Source: Macrostomum lignano | Lineage: Eukaryota | Assembly (NCBI GenBank): GCA_002269645.1 | Contig: NIVC01001215.1 | Coordinates: 210,022-274,021, forward strand | DNA length: 64,000 bases | Direction of reading: 5' to 3' | In this document: piece after piece, positions 35,970-48,990 of the stretch | How positions within the stretch are numbered: position 1 is the stretch's first letter | Layout: each line of letters starts with the position of its first letter | The notes under the pieces: generated by a model | The model's database searches: none | The model's input: the letters and a program-made list of their open reading frames with translations, nothing else | Told to the model about the DNA's origin: nothing | Made by a program: the position numbers and the translations under genes

Positions 35970-36345
35970 TTGAAGGACAGGGTTTGCAGGGTACTGAAGG
36001 GCAGGGGTTGCAGGGTGCTGAAGGGCTGGGGTTGCAGGGTACTGAAGTCTGGGATTGCAGGGTGCTGAATGGCTGGGGTTGCAGGGTACTGAAGTCTGGG
36101 TTTGCAGGGTACTGAAGGGCAGGGGTTGCAGGGTACTGAAGTCTGGGGTTGCAGGGTGCTGAATGGCTGGGGTTGCAGGGTACTGAAGTCTGGGTTTGCA
36201 GGGTACTGAAGGGCAGGGGTTGCAGGGTACTGAAGGGCTGGGGTTGCAGGGTACTGAAGGGCTGGGGTTGCAGGGTACTGAAGGGCTGGGGTTGCAGGGT
36301 ACTGAAGGGCTGGGGTTGCAGGGTACTGAAGGGCAGGGGTCACAG
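35970..36345. repeat. 24-bp G-rich minisatellite in PFK intron 2 (GGGGTTGCAGGGTACTGAAGGGCT)
   Basis: Tandem units with 8-aa periodicity. Confidence 0.95.
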
Positions 36346-36370
36346 GTTACTGGAGGGCACCGAGGCTCAC

Positions 36371-36747
36371 CTTGATCAGATGGTTGCACATCACATCGGG
36401 CCAGTCGGTGCCCGGAGGCTCCTCAGGGATGAACAGAAAGTCGGCCTCGCAGCACAGGGCGGACACCAGCGCCAGGTAGCCGCAGTGACGGCCCATCACC
36501 TCCATGACGAAGGCACGCTGGTGGCTCTGCGCGGTGGTGGCGATGGCGTCGCAGGCCTCAATGATGCGGTGCAGCGCCGAGTCCGTCCCGATGGTCATGT
36601 CGGTGCCGCAGAAGTCGTTGTCGATGGACCCGACCATCCCCGCGATGTGCAGGCTGGCATAGTCGCGCCGCTGCTTCTCTGTGACCGCGCCTTCCTTGAG
36701 CAGCTTGTCCACCAGGGACGGCCACTCCTGGCGGAACAGGTCCGCTC
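36371..36747 (-). CDS. pfk: 6-phosphofructokinase, exon 2
   Basis: Acceptor CCCGCAG|GA, phase 1. [44 protein letters not shown]. Donor AAG|GTGAGC, phase 0. Confidence 0.95.
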
Positions 36748-36821
36748 CTGCGGGGGTGGGGGGTTGTTGGTTCGAAACCGTGCTGTGTTGGCCTTAGCCC
36801 GCTGCCTTCTTACCAGCCTTT

Positions 36822-37105
36822 CCTATCTCAATCTTCCCTCCCACCATCTCAATCCGCCCTTCCAGCATCTCAATCTTCCCTCCCAGCATCTCAATCCGCC
36901 CTTCCAGCATCTCAATCCTTACTCCCAGCATCTCAATCCTTACTCCCAGCATCTCAATCCGCCTTCCCTTTCTCAGCATCTCAATCCTTACTCCCAGCAT
37001 CTCAATCCTTACTCCCAGCATCTCAATCCGCCTTCCCTTTCTCAGCATCTCAATCCTTACTCCCAGCATCTCAATCCGCCTTCCCTTTCTCAGCATCTCA
37101 ATCCT
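36822..37105. repeat. 21/27-bp minisatellite in PFK intron 1 (CAGCATCTCAATCCTTACTCC)
   Basis: Tandem units. Confidence 0.9.
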
Positions 37106-37117
37106 CCCCCAGCCCAC

Positions 37118-37475
37118 CGGTCAGTGAGCCGTCACCGCCGATGACCACCAGGTTGGTGATGCCGCGGCGGATGAGGTTCCTAGCGGCCTGTAGGCGGCCC
37201 TCGCGAGTCCGGAAGCGGGCGGAGCGGGCGGAGCCGATGACGGTGCCGCCCAGCTGGATGATGCCGGACACGAGGCCCCAATTGGCCTCCTTGATCATCT
37301 CCTGGCCGTCTTCGCCGTCGCCGATCATGCCTTCGTAGCCCTCGTAGATAAGATAGACCCGGAAGCCGCAGTAGAGGCCCATGCGGACCACGGCCCTGAT
37401 GGCGGAGTTCATGCCCTGCGAGTCGCCGCCGGAGGTGAAGACGGCCAAAGCCGGCCGCTCGTGCAGCGGCAGCAT
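37118..37475 (-). CDS. pfk: 6-phosphofructokinase, exon 1 (six exons join to 2370 nt, 789 aa)
   Basis: ATG 37475 is the only in-frame ATG after TAA at 37586-37584 and before the first motif. [21 protein letters not shown]...GGTVIGSAR...[11 protein letters not shown]. Donor ACCG|GTGGGC, phase 1. Confidence 0.93.
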
Positions 37476-37899
37476 GCGGAGCGCGTCCGTGACTGCGGAA
37501 GTCCCGGCGGGGATTTGAGGATGAGCGGCAGGTGGGAACTGGCGCAAATGAGGTGTGTGCCGGACTAGCGGCAGTCTCCGATATTAAGATGAGTTCGCTA
37601 GTTGATGCAGAACACTCGAGACATGAACAACACGAACTGCACGCACGCTACGTGTCTGCGTAAACTGTGAAGCGCCTTGGCGATTAGAAAAAGTTCAAGC
37701 TGGACATACATGATGTAAAAACTGTTACTTTCTGTACTCGTGCTCTGCACCAGGACTGAACAGCCCGCAGACAGACAGACAGACAGACAGACAGCTGAAA
37801 GTGCGGGCAATTGCGCAAGGACCGCTAGCAGTAGGGGAGGAACTTTAAAAATGCGTCAAAGTTATGCAGATTTTATTTTATCTGCAATTCTTTGCTTTT

Positions 37900-38316
37900 C
37901 TGGCACTAAACTGACACCTCTGCTGTTATTGCCTTTTCTGGCACTAAACTGACACCTCTGCTGTTATTGCCTTTTCTGGCACTAAACTGACACCTCTGCT
38001 GTTTGCCTTTTCTGGCACTAAACTGACACTTCTGCTGTTTGCCTTTTCTGGCACTAAACTGACACCTCTGCTGTTATTGCCTTTTCTGGCACTAAACTGA
38101 CACTTCTGCTGTTTGCCTTTTCTGGCACTAAACTGACACTTCTGCTGTTTGCCTTTTCTGGCACTAAACTGACACCTCTGCTGTTATTGCCTTTTCTGGC
38201 ACTAAACTGACACCTCTGCTGTTATTGCCTTTTCTGGCACTAAACTGACACTTCTGCTGTTTGCCTTTTCTGGCACTAAACTGACACTTCTGCTGTTTGC
38301 CTTTTCTGGCACTAAA
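37900..38316. repeat. 36/38-bp minisatellite upstream of PFK
   Basis: GCCTTTTCTGGCACTAAACTGACACCTCTGCTGTTATT units. Confidence 0.95.
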
Positions 38317-39667
38317 CCAGTTTATAGTAAAAAGCGATAGTCCAAAAAGTGGGAAATTTGTCAATAGAAGTGCTCAAATAGGTTTCTGTTGCATTTAAAA
38401 GCGCATTTCATCATGTTGGCGCACTACACCCTGTTACTGCCAGCGGTAATTGCGATCACACTTCACACCAGTGTGCAAAGTGCACAGTGCCACAGTACCC
38501 AGACTATCAGCAGTGCAGCATTGAAACTTGCCCTTCATGTAGATGGGAAGCCCCAGCCTGCCATCTGGGAGACAGTTAGCATCAGAGTAGGGAATGGGAT
38601 TATTATGGTGTAAATGCATGCTTCGGCTGCTGTCTACAACTGATTCATAACTGAGCGATTGGCTAAGAAGGTAAATATAAAACTGTCAATCTATTATTTT
38701 TAAATACTTTAAAAAATGAAGCACAGCACACTGCAGTAGATAAACATTGATTAGTGCAGAAAATAGGTTTATATCAGCTATTAAAAAGGCTTTACTAATA
38801 TTAAAAAAACAAAAACTCATTAGAAATAATAGGTTATCAAGGCATTTAAATAAGGAGGGCTATACCATGAGCAGCATGCATCTGGTAACTCAATTATTAA
38901 TTCGTGATAATCAATTTGAAACATTGAGATGTGACAAATACCTATGGCTGAAATGTGTGTAGAGCAGTTTTCATGGTCAGTAATTTACATTTCAATTCAT
39001 AGCAATGAACTTCAATTCAATGCATTTCATACATTAGTAAGTCAAATGCAAGGCCAAAAGATCTGACGAAAACCAATCTAAACATGCTTTTAGAGAGCAA
39101 AATTTGCAGCAATACAACTTAAAACTGGCAGAGAAAACACAGGATCAGAATCCCATGCAAGTCCAACATTCTGTCATTACTACTTCAAGTAGTTATATTT
39201 TATTTATTTCGATTAGAAGATAATACAATATGGCAATGTATACATACAATCAACAAAAAGCAAACTTACACGACTTCCTTGTACTAGCCTGGTATGCCAT
39301 GGTGCAAGCATAAACAGTAGGATTATATAATTTTGCTGAGACAATGTGTAAAAATATGAGACATTGCAAAAGTTTCTAGATTGCATTTACTGCAATAACA
39401 GGAGATTTAAATGAGTTGAAATTTTAGCCACAACTCTCCTGCACATCTACTCTATTGAAATGGTAAAACTGCAAAAACAATTTGAAATGCTTAGCTCATT
39501 AGCTCATAACTCCTAAGCTTATACTCATGAAACTCATACAAGGGCTATTAAAAAAGTTCTGCATATTGGTTAATAACTTCAGAAGTTCATGCACTAATGT
39601 GCTAATATTTAGCATGCACAATCTATGATATCTGCTTATTCAGTTTCAATTTTCTGCCTTAATATAT

Positions 39668-39890
39668 AATAATTATTATTATTAGGCTGTTTAGTACAAG
39701 GGCTAAAGGAGTCCCCACACATACCCTCAATTATCCCAGCTAATGCTAGTACCCATTTACAGCTAGGTGAACTGAAGCAATGCAGAGTTAAGTGTTGTTC
39801 AAGGACATAAATTGTTCCCAATGGGTTTGGAATCAAATCCTTAACTTTTTAGTTGTAAGTCTAATGGCATAGCTGGCATAGCACCATTTC
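39668..39890 (-). mobile_element. Decayed tRNA-derived SINE-like element
   Basis: On the - strand: A-box-like TGGTGCTATG, B-box-like GGATTTGATTCC (decayed GGTTCGATTCC), central GTCCTTGAACAACACTTAACTCTGCATTGCTTCAGTTCACCTAGCTGTAAATGGGTAC, and a (TAA)n tail. Family is recalled from memory, not searched. Confidence 0.55.
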
Positions 39891-42800
39891 ATACCTTTGT
39901 TTTGAGTCACTATAGTAAGCCAAGTTCACTGTATCTCACTCATATGACTCATATGACTCAACTGTAGGTCATTTGGCTAATACTTTGAATATGTGGACAT
40001 ACCTATCTCTTAAGTGGTTATGTATCAAATTTTATTTCATTGCTAACTTATTTTACAATGAAGATACACAATGGTATTGACTTTGACAACCTGCTACTTT
40101 GGCTTAATAACAATATTAAGGCAGAAAATTGAGACCCTAAGTAAGCAATTATCATAGGCCTAGTCTATGTGTCAAATATTAGCTCATAAAAAACATATAT
40201 ATGCTTTTAAAGTTATTAAACAAACTAGAAATTTTCTAACAGCCTTTATAAACTATTTTTTTAAGTTAAAAACAGGCAATTTTTTAATACTTAAAATATA
40301 ACTCCAATCTGTTCTACAAGTATCAGACTTATAAAACTGTATAAAAGCATACTGAATACACAAGTTAATTTAGTCTATATATATTATTAGACCCTATAAG
40401 TCCTAGGATTTATACTTAAATAGGAACTTCAATAAGGGTCCCATGGCTTGCCAATATTCAAAAGGCAAATTTGAATAAAAATATACTTTTTTTCAAATGA
40501 AAAACTTTGCAGTATAATGATATGGATTAGAAAGCAAATATTAATTAGAAATAAAAGAAAAAGTAAAACCTAAAAAACAAAAAACAAAAATAGGACTGGC
40601 TTTCAATGCCAATGGGATTATAATAAACTATATTATCTTTTTTCGTAGAAAAGAATAAGGCCCTTGGCCTTATTAAAAACAAAAAATGTTTCAGACACTA
40701 GTATAAAAGTTTATTATAAAATACAAAGCCTTTATGTTAAAAATTTCAAACTATTTTTTTCTATTCTTAACTAATCTGTTTATTTGATATACTTAAAATT
40801 TTAATAAACTTCTTACTATTTTGAATTTTTCAGCATTGTTGGTAATGGTGTTTGTTAGCATTGTTGTCCTAATTAGGAAACAACATTTGTATGCTTAAAT
40901 GTTTATTATAAGAAGACAAAAATTATAGACAAATGGCAATAGCAATAAATAATTAAATTATTTTTGATATTTTCTTCTTATTATGCATTTAAGTTTAAGG
41001 CTAATTTCTGTAAGCATTGTTACAAAGCTTTTGGGTTTTATAGTTGTATTGGATTCATTTTTAATAATAGTTAAAAAATAGGATTAAAAAAAGTTGAAAA
41101 AATATAATTAGTTTAAGTTAATTTTTACAATATTTTTTACAATATCTAAGACTAAGTCAAGATGTTAATTGCAAGATAGGCCTAATATATTATCTAAATA
41201 AGCTAAGAATAAGACTAGGATTAGGTAGGATTATAGGCCTATATAGACATATTGCAGGCATAAACTTATTAATATTAGGTAAGATTATAAAAGTTTAAGG
41301 CGGCCTAGATATTTAAATCAAGACATCTTATTTTATTTGTACAAAAACCTATCCTCCTATTAGTATGATAGACAAACTAGGCCTAGATAGTTATAGTTAT
41401 AGTTATGTCAAGTTCTATATATTACATATTATATTTTGCTTATTTGACAAAGCTATTTGAATAATGAATAGGTTAACTTAAAGGAGCTTGCTGCAACCAA
41501 ATGCAATTGTCAACAAACATGTCGGCATAGCCATGCCAATAGGACATAGGTATGTCGTTTTGACTTCGTTTTAGAAAATTGTGTCTGTGTAGTTATTTAG
41601 TTTTGTGTGTGATATGAAATATTACATCTACGATCTATGAAATATTACATAGACCTACATAATTTGTCATTTGGTTTTCAGCTTACTAATTTTACACTCG
41701 ATGAAAAATGATAAATAGCTAAATAGCCTAATAGTAGTAAATTGCTCAGGCAAACAGCCTGTTTGGCCAGTAAGAATAAGAACTACTTTTCGTCCTAAGA
41801 TTTACTGTGAACAGGCTATTTATCGTAATAAGAATATATACTAAAATTATTGTAATTGTAATTTATTGTAAAAAGATTTATTGTAAGAAATATTAAAATG
41901 AAATTTTTCAAATTTACAATAATGCAGTTTTCAAAACGTTATAAAACTCTGTATACTTCTAGTTTTCTCATGCAGAGCGCCGAGAAAAAAATATAAACTC
42001 TTTCTTTATTAACTGAGGTCATTTACCTGCCTAAACTTGAGGTTGCTTTTTAGTTTGTTATTTGAAGACAAAAATTCACAGCTGATTATTCAATGATTTC
42101 AAATTTTGCTCGGAAGTGTTTTTAATGAATTGTTCAAATTGAACTGACTTATAATGATAATCGATTAGTGTCTGGGTAAAGTCCTGCATGTCAATTTTCA
42201 GCGACAGAGAGCAAGCAGAAGTACTCGAAATCGAATATCAATTTATTACACTGATTGTAAAGCAAACTGTAAAAAATCCTTTCAATCTGTAGCCGTAATT
42301 TTTTTTAAGTCGGTTTATCTCCTGAATGATATTTCTTCTGTAAAAAATCATGGCGTTTGGTGCTTTAAAAGCAGAGATTTTTGTTATTTCCGAATATCGA
42401 TCTGGAATATCGCTCGGGGAATCCCTGCATTATTATTTCTCCTGCAAGTTGAGTTGACATTGTTATCATTAACTCAAATAAAAATAAAAGCTTTATTTTA
42501 TTTAACGTTTTAGTTTTTAGCTTTTCTCACCTCAAACCTTCTAATTTCTAAAGTTGCCCTTTTTATTTAGATATGTCAAACTTTAGAATTGAACATTGAA
42601 GGCCTTTATTATTCCGTCCTTTATTTAATGCTAGCTAAATTAAATAACGCAACGCCAACTGGTCACTGAATAAACAATTTGAGTTTTTGAAGCTGAGAAA
42701 AGAATTTGATTTTATCGTAAAAGAAGCTAAGGTTTTTAGTAAGTAAAAAACCAAAAATATGATTAAGCCTAGACCTATTTGAATTCAATTGACATATATC

Positions 42801-44342
42801 AATATCAATATATGGCATTATGTTAAGTATTTTTTGTCATTATTGACTTTCGTAAAAAAATCTTTTACCAAAATGGGTTGAAACCTATTTAATAAGTTTA
42901 ACAATTAGGAAGTAAATAACCTATTAAATTTGCTATCTTATTATTAGGCATGTAGGTATTCATGTTATTTCTATTAATATAAAATTGTTAAAAAGATTTC
43001 TAATTTTTTTATTCTTAGTTATTAAATTTAATTTTTAATGAATTTAAACTAGGTCTAAGTAAGCCTATTTAAAAATAATACAAAAATAGCCTATTTCATT
43101 AGTTAGGTCTACTATAGCATAGTTTAAATAAATTAGCCAAAAGATAGGCCTAGCAGTCTAAAGGTATAGCAAGGAAGGAAATACTCTTAAGTAACAAGAG
43201 TTAATATAATGTGCATCATTGCCTCCCACTATTTTTGGATATTTAAAGCCAAAGTCAAAGTAATTTGAGGTATTAATATGAGTTTATATATGCACAACTG
43301 GCAACCTCCCATTTATATTGGCCACGTGCTATGTGACTTACTTTTTAACCAAAAATGTGAAAATTAGCTAGATCTGCTAGGTTAGCCAGCAGTTGTGCAT
43401 GTATGTGTGGGCTATTTTTAGCTATTCCTATTATTAATGATATATTGTACATTTATCTTGATTTTTTATTTTATTGAAAAAGTATATTTATACAAAAAGA
43501 AATTTTTTAGTTACAATGTATAATTGAATAGTAGCATAATTTTCTTAATAAATAAATATAAGAGTTAATTGTTTTTGTTAAAAGTTATTTTTTAAATTGA
43601 AACAAGTTAAAGCTTAGGCTAATAATTTATAAAAATCAATTAAGCTTATATAAATTTGGATACATTGTGGTTTCCTGATCATTAGCCAGTTGATAGGATA
43701 GCTATTGCCAAATATTCAGAACTGCTAGTTGCAACTGTTCATTCTATGGGACACCCTACTGAACTCTGCTTTATAAATTCCCAGGCATGCTCAATGGGAT
43801 TCTAGAGACTGATAGCCAAGTGCTATTAGGTTTCATTGTACTATACCTGCCTCCCTCCTTCCCAATTCCCCCATGCTGCACTTAGTGCTGGCAATGGCAG
43901 CCTTTATACACTTAAATTACCAATGGCATGCAAAACACTTGGCCTATGTTATTGAGTATATTTTGCCTTACATACCTGAATATGTGTGTCTCATAAAAGT
44001 TTAGTAAATTAAATAAAATCATAGTATGGTAAATTGTATTGAATCAAAATGCATTGTATGGCATTTGTATGCTTTGAGGGTGAGAATAGGAAAAATCCTG
44101 TTTACTTTAGCTCAGTGGAATAAAAATAATTGTTCCTACTGTTTGAAATAGTGTAATATATGCTCATTGGCTAGCATAATTTTTGTTGTAATTAATCAGT
44201 CCAAAGCACTATATGTGATAATGGGGGTATATAAATCTTATCATAATTACTTATCCCACTGTTGCAGCTGTGAGCCCCAGGCCCCTCCCCGCCCAGCTGC
44301 TAGGAGACCCCTGAGAACAGCTCGAAACTGGCCAATCCGCAG

Positions 44343-44572
44343 ATGGACCCGCAGGTGGTTAGGAAGACGGACTTCGTTGTCGGGGGCAAGTACAAGCTGA
44401 CCCGCAAGATTGGCAGCGGCTCCTTTGGCGAGATCTACCTTGGCGTGAGCATCATCAATGGCGAGGAGGTGGCCGTGAAGCTGGAACCTGTCACTGCGCG
44501 TCATCCCCAGCTGCTGTATGAGAGCAAGGTGTACAAAATTCTGCAGGACGGCATTGGCATTCCCAGCGTCAG
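44343..44572 (+). CDS. CSNK1A1: Casein kinase 1 alpha, exon 1
   Basis: [40 protein letters not shown]. Donor GTCAG|GTGCGG, phase 2. Confidence 0.95.
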
Positions 44573-44583
44573 GTGCGGGCTGC

Positions 44584-45183
44584 TTCTGTCTGCATTCGCT
44601 GTGTCCTCTGTCTGCATTCTGTATCCTGTCTGCATTCTGTGTTCTCTGCCTGCGTTCTCTGTGTCCTGTCTGCATTCTGTGTATCCTCTGTCTGCATTCT
44701 CTGTGTTCTCTGCCTGCATTCTCTGTGTCCTCTGTCTGCATTCTCTGTGTCCTCTGTCTGCATTCTGTGTTCTCTGTCTGCATTCTCTGTGTTCTCTGCC
44801 TGCATTCTCTGTGTCCTCTGTCTGCATTCTCTGTGTCCTCTGTCTGCATTCTGTGTTCTCTGTCTGCATTCTCTGTGTTCTCTGTCTGCATTCTCTGTGT
44901 CCTCTGTCTGCATTCTGTGTCCTCTGCCTGCATTCTCTGTGTCCTCTGTCTGCATTCTGTGTCCTCTGTCTGCATTCTCTGTGTCCTCTGTCTGCATTCT
45001 GTGTTCTCTGTCTGCATTCTCTGTGTTCTCTGTCTGCATTCTCTGTGTCCTCTGTCTGCATTCTGTGTCCTCTGTCTGCATTCTCTGTGTTCTCTGTCTG
45101 CATTCTCTGTGTCCTCTGTCTGCATTCTGTGTCCTCTGTCTGCATTCTGTGTCCTCTGTCTGCATTCTCTGTGTCCTCTGTCT
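44584..45183. repeat. 20/22-bp CT-rich minisatellite filling CK1 intron 1
   Basis: TCTGTCTGCATTCTCTGTGTCC units. Confidence 0.95.
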
Positions 45184-45240
45184 GACGTACCTGAGCCGTG
45201 TCCCATCAGTGCCTCACACAGCGCTGCCCCTGACCCGCAG

Positions 45241-45423
45241 GTGGTACGGCCAGGACGGCGTGAAGAACCAGTACAACTGCCTGGTGATGGACCTGCTGGG
45301 CCCCAGCCTGGAGGACCTGTTCACCTTCTGCTCCCGCCGCTTCACTATGAAGACCGTGCTGATGCTGGCCGACCAGATGCTGTGCCGCATCGAGTTCGTT
45401 CACAACAAGAACTTCATTCACAG
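45241..45423 (+). CDS. CSNK1A1: Casein kinase 1 alpha, exon 2
   Basis: Acceptor CCCGCAG|G. WYG...[14 protein letters not shown]...[13 protein letters not shown]...KNFIHR. Donor CACAG|GTGAGG, phase 2. Confidence 0.96.
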
Positions 45424-45869
45424 GTGAGGCGCATCGGTCTCTGCGCATTAGGGTTCATTTGCTGAGCGCCTATTTTTATCTTACGCTGCATTTCCTGACA
45501 GACAGCTCGGCAATCGGGCTGGGCTTTCCTGCCTGTTATCTGCGCCCCCCGCCCCGCACAATATGCGCTGCGAACTCCAGGCCTTCTAATTGAGTCCCCC
45601 TGCTCTGCCTCTCAGCTCTGCCCCCTGCATGCCTGCCCGCGTCCAAGTAATTTTTAATTACCGATTTGGGACGCCGGTCCCAGCTGACCCCCCCCCCATC
45701 TGCCCTGGAATGACGCGCCGAACCTTAATTCGCATCTGTTGCGCAAGCTGTCTGTGATTGCGCAGTGCTGGGCTGTTGCGCCGTCTGCTCTCGGTGTACT
45801 TTTATAGTTTGCTATGGTGAAAGCTCACCTGTGACTGGCACTGCCCCATTATAACCCCATGGCCTTCCT

Positions 45870-46305
45870 CATAACCCATCATGACCCATTGCCATCCCTC
45901 ATGACCCATTTCCATCCCATTATGACCCATTATGACCCATTGCCCTCCCTCATGACCCATTTTCATCCCATTATGACCCATCACCATCCCTCATGAACCA
46001 TCGCCACCCCTCATGACCATTGCCATCCCTTATGACTCATCGCCAACCCTCATAACCCATCGCCATCCCTCATAACCCATCGCCATCCCTCATGACTCAT
46101 CGCCATCCATAATGACTCATCGCCATTCATAATGACCCATCGCCATCCCTCGTGACTCATCGCCATCCCTCATGACCCATCGCCATCCCGCATGACTCAT
46201 CGCCATCCCTCATGACCCATCGTCATCCATGACTCATCGCCATCCCTCATGGCCCATCGCCATCCATAATGACCCATCGCCATCCATAATGACCCATCGC
46301 CATCC
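45870..46305. repeat. 20-bp minisatellite in CK1 intron 2, running up to the acceptor
   Basis: CATCGCCATCCCTCATGACC units. Confidence 0.9.
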
Positions 46306-46309
46306 CCAG

Positions 46310-46580
46310 GGACATCAAGCCCGACAACTTCCTGATGGGCATCGGGCGGCACTGCAACAAGCTGTTCCTGGTGGACTTCGGCCTGGCCAAGAAGTACCGG
46401 GACTCGCGCACCAAAACGCACATCCCCTACAGGGACGACAAGAACCTCACCGGCACCGCCCGCTACGCCTCCGTGAACGCCCACGCCGGCATCGAGCAGT
46501 CGCGTCGAGACGATCTCGAGAGTCTGGGTTACGTTTTCATGTACTTCCTCAGGTCTTCTCTGCCCTGGCAGGGGCTGAAG
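46310..46580 (+). CDS. CSNK1A1: Casein kinase 1 alpha, exon 3
   Basis: Acceptor CCCCAG|[30 protein letters not shown] (alpha-type), [31 protein letters not shown]. Donor AAG|GTAGGT, phase 0. Confidence 0.96.
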
Positions 46581-46651
46581 GTAGGTGTGCTCAGGAGCGA
46601 CCCTCGCTAACCAGAGGTTGTGCTCATGACCCGCTAAATATTCAAGCTCAC

Positions 46652-47300
46652 CCAGATCCCATTGGGTTTGGCGCTACCCAGACACCCAGATTCCATGGGG
46701 TTTGGCGCCACCCAGACACCTAGATCCCATTGGGTTTGGCGCCACCCACACACCTAGATCCCATTGGGTTTGGCGCCACCCAGACATCTAGATCCCATTG
46801 GGTTTGGCGCCACCCAGACACCTAGATCCCATTGGGTTTTGCGCCACCCAGACACCTAGATCCCATTGGGTTTGGTGCCACCCAGACACCTAGATCCCAT
46901 TGGGTTTGGCGCCACCCACACACCTAGATCCCATTGGGTTTGGCGCCACCCAGACATCTAGATCCCATTGGGTTTGGCGCCACCCACACATCTAGATCCC
47001 ATTGGGTTTGGCGCCACCCAGACATCTAGATCCCATTGGGTTTGGCGCCACCCAGACACCTAGATCCCATTGGGTTTTGCGCCAACCAGACACCTAGATC
47101 CCATTGGGTTTGGTGCCACCCAGACACCTAGATCCCATTGGGTTTGGCGCCACCCACACACCTAGATCCCATTGGGTTTGGCGCCACCCAGACATCTAGA
47201 TCCCATTGGGTTTGGCGCCACCCAGACATCTAGATCCCATTGGGTTTGGCGCCACCCAGACACCCAGACTCGATGGGGTTCGGCGCCACCCAGACACCCA
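46652..47300. repeat. 34-bp minisatellite in CK1 intron 3 (GACACCTAGATCCCATTGGGTTTGGCGCCACCCA)
   Basis: Tandem units. Confidence 0.95.
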
Positions 47301-47989
47301 GATTGAAAGGGGTTTGGCGCCCCCTGATCAGTTCCTGACATCTATTGCACTGTCTAGCCAGCATTCGGTGCCGCATCATTCTGCACCCAGCCACGCCATC
47401 GCAGCCAGACTGCAGCTCTATTACTCGCCCTCATTCCTTTGCCACCCCCTGCACTCCAAGATGGAAAGCGTGGCGTTGCATGCAGAAAAGTTTTCAGCTG
47501 TTCCACTGAGCCCAGGGCCCGGTTACCCCCCCCCGCCCTCTGCTCGCCTCTCCGCCATTGTGCCGCCACCCCCTCCCAGATACTTGGCTGCTGCTATCTG
47601 TAGCCCAGCTTCTTCCGCCCATCATCCAACTGTTGTATTAGTACTCTGGCGGCTGGGTGGGTGCGCTGCGCTCAGGCCATCCAAGCCTGCCCCTGTCTGT
47701 CTGTCTGTTTTTCATTCAATTCAGCTCTTCTCTGTCCACTGCTTCAATTGTGTCTTTCATTGCCCTGCGCGTGTCTGCCGCACAGTCTGACCAGCCGAAA
47801 CTGCGCTTGATGTGACAATCTGTGACTCACATGTCTGTCTGTGGATTTCAGGGGCTTAACGTTCCTGTGAAGATTAAATCCTCTCTTGAGTTCGATGAGT
47901 TCGATGTTTAGCTGAAAATCCTATATCCTATATCATATAACCATATCGGCCTCTCCCATCTGTCTCACTGTCATCTGTCTCACCTGTTT

Positions 47990-48655
47990 ATCTCACTCAT
48001 ATCTGTCTAACTCCCACCAGTCTCACTCCCACCAGTCTTACTCCCACCAGTCTCACTCCCACCAGTCTCACTCCCAACTGTCTCACTCCCACCAGTCTCA
48101 CTCCCAAGTGTCTCACTCCCAACTGTCTCACTCCCACCAGTCTTACTCCCACCAGTCTCACTCCCAACTGTCTCACTCCCACCAGTCTCACTCCCACCAG
48201 TCTCACTCCCACCATTCTCCCCCCATCTGTCTCACTCCCACCAGTCTCCCCCCCATCTGTCTCACTCCAACCAGTCTCACTCCCACCAGTCTCCCTCCCA
48301 CCTGTCTCCCTCCCACCAGTCTCCCTCCCATCTGTCTCACTCCCACCAGTCTCACTCCCATCTGTCTCACTCCCACCAGTCTCCCTCCCACCTGTCTCCC
48401 TCCCACCAGTCTCCCTCCCATCTGTCTCACTCCCACCAGTCTCACTCCCATCTGTCTCACTCCCACCAGTCTCACTCCCACCAGTCTCCCCCCATCTGTC
48501 TCACTCCCACCAGTCTCACTCCCACCAGTCTCACTCCCACCAGTCTCCCTCCCACCAGTCTCCCCCCATCTGTCTCACTCCCACCAGTCTCACTCCCATC
48601 TGTCTCACTCCCACCAGTCTCCCTCCCACCTGTCTCACTCCCACCTGTCTGACCC
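47990..48655. repeat. 15-bp C-rich minisatellite in CK1 intron 3 (CTCACTCCCACCAGT)
   Basis: Tandem units. Confidence 0.93.
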
Positions 48656-48696
48656 CACCAGCCTCACTCTCACCCAGCGCCACCCCCGCCACCCAG

Positions 48697-48990
48697 GCGA
48701 ACAACAAGAAGCAGAAATACGAGCGCATCTACGAGAAGAAGGTGTCCACGCCCATCGAGAGCCTGACCAAGGGCTACCCGCCCGAGTTCAGCCGCTACCT
48801 CAGCTACTGCCGCAACCTGAAGTTCGAAGAGGCCCCGGATTACCGCTGGCTGCGCGAGAACTTCCGCATCCTGTTCCGCACGCTCAACTTCGTGTTCGAC
48901 TACGTGTTCGACTGGACCCTGCTGAAGCAGCGGGCCACCACGGCCGCCAGCAGCGCCGGCCTGGCCGCCAACCAGCCCGCGCACAGGTGA
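48697..48990 (+). CDS. CSNK1A1: Casein kinase 1 alpha, exon 4 (total ~325 aa)
   Basis: Acceptor CACCCAG|GCG, phase 0. [20 protein letters not shown]...[13 protein letters not shown]...[11 protein letters not shown]. Stop TGA 48988-48990 overlaps a possible donor. Confidence 0.93.
   Translation, partial: ANNKKQKYERIYEKKVSTPIESLTKGYPPEFSRYLSYCRNLKFEEAPDYRWLRENFRILFRTLNFVFDYVFDWTLLKQRATTAASSAGLAANQPAHR

Noticed and set aside
32565-37475. Bacterial or horizontally acquired PFK suggested by the high GC3
   Set aside because: It has the duplicated two-half eukaryotic architecture (789 aa), five GT-AG introns, and the same codon style as neighbouring genes.
39820-39890. Functional tRNA gene
   Set aside because: The boxes are decayed, I could not build a cloverleaf, and it continues into a SINE-like body and tail.
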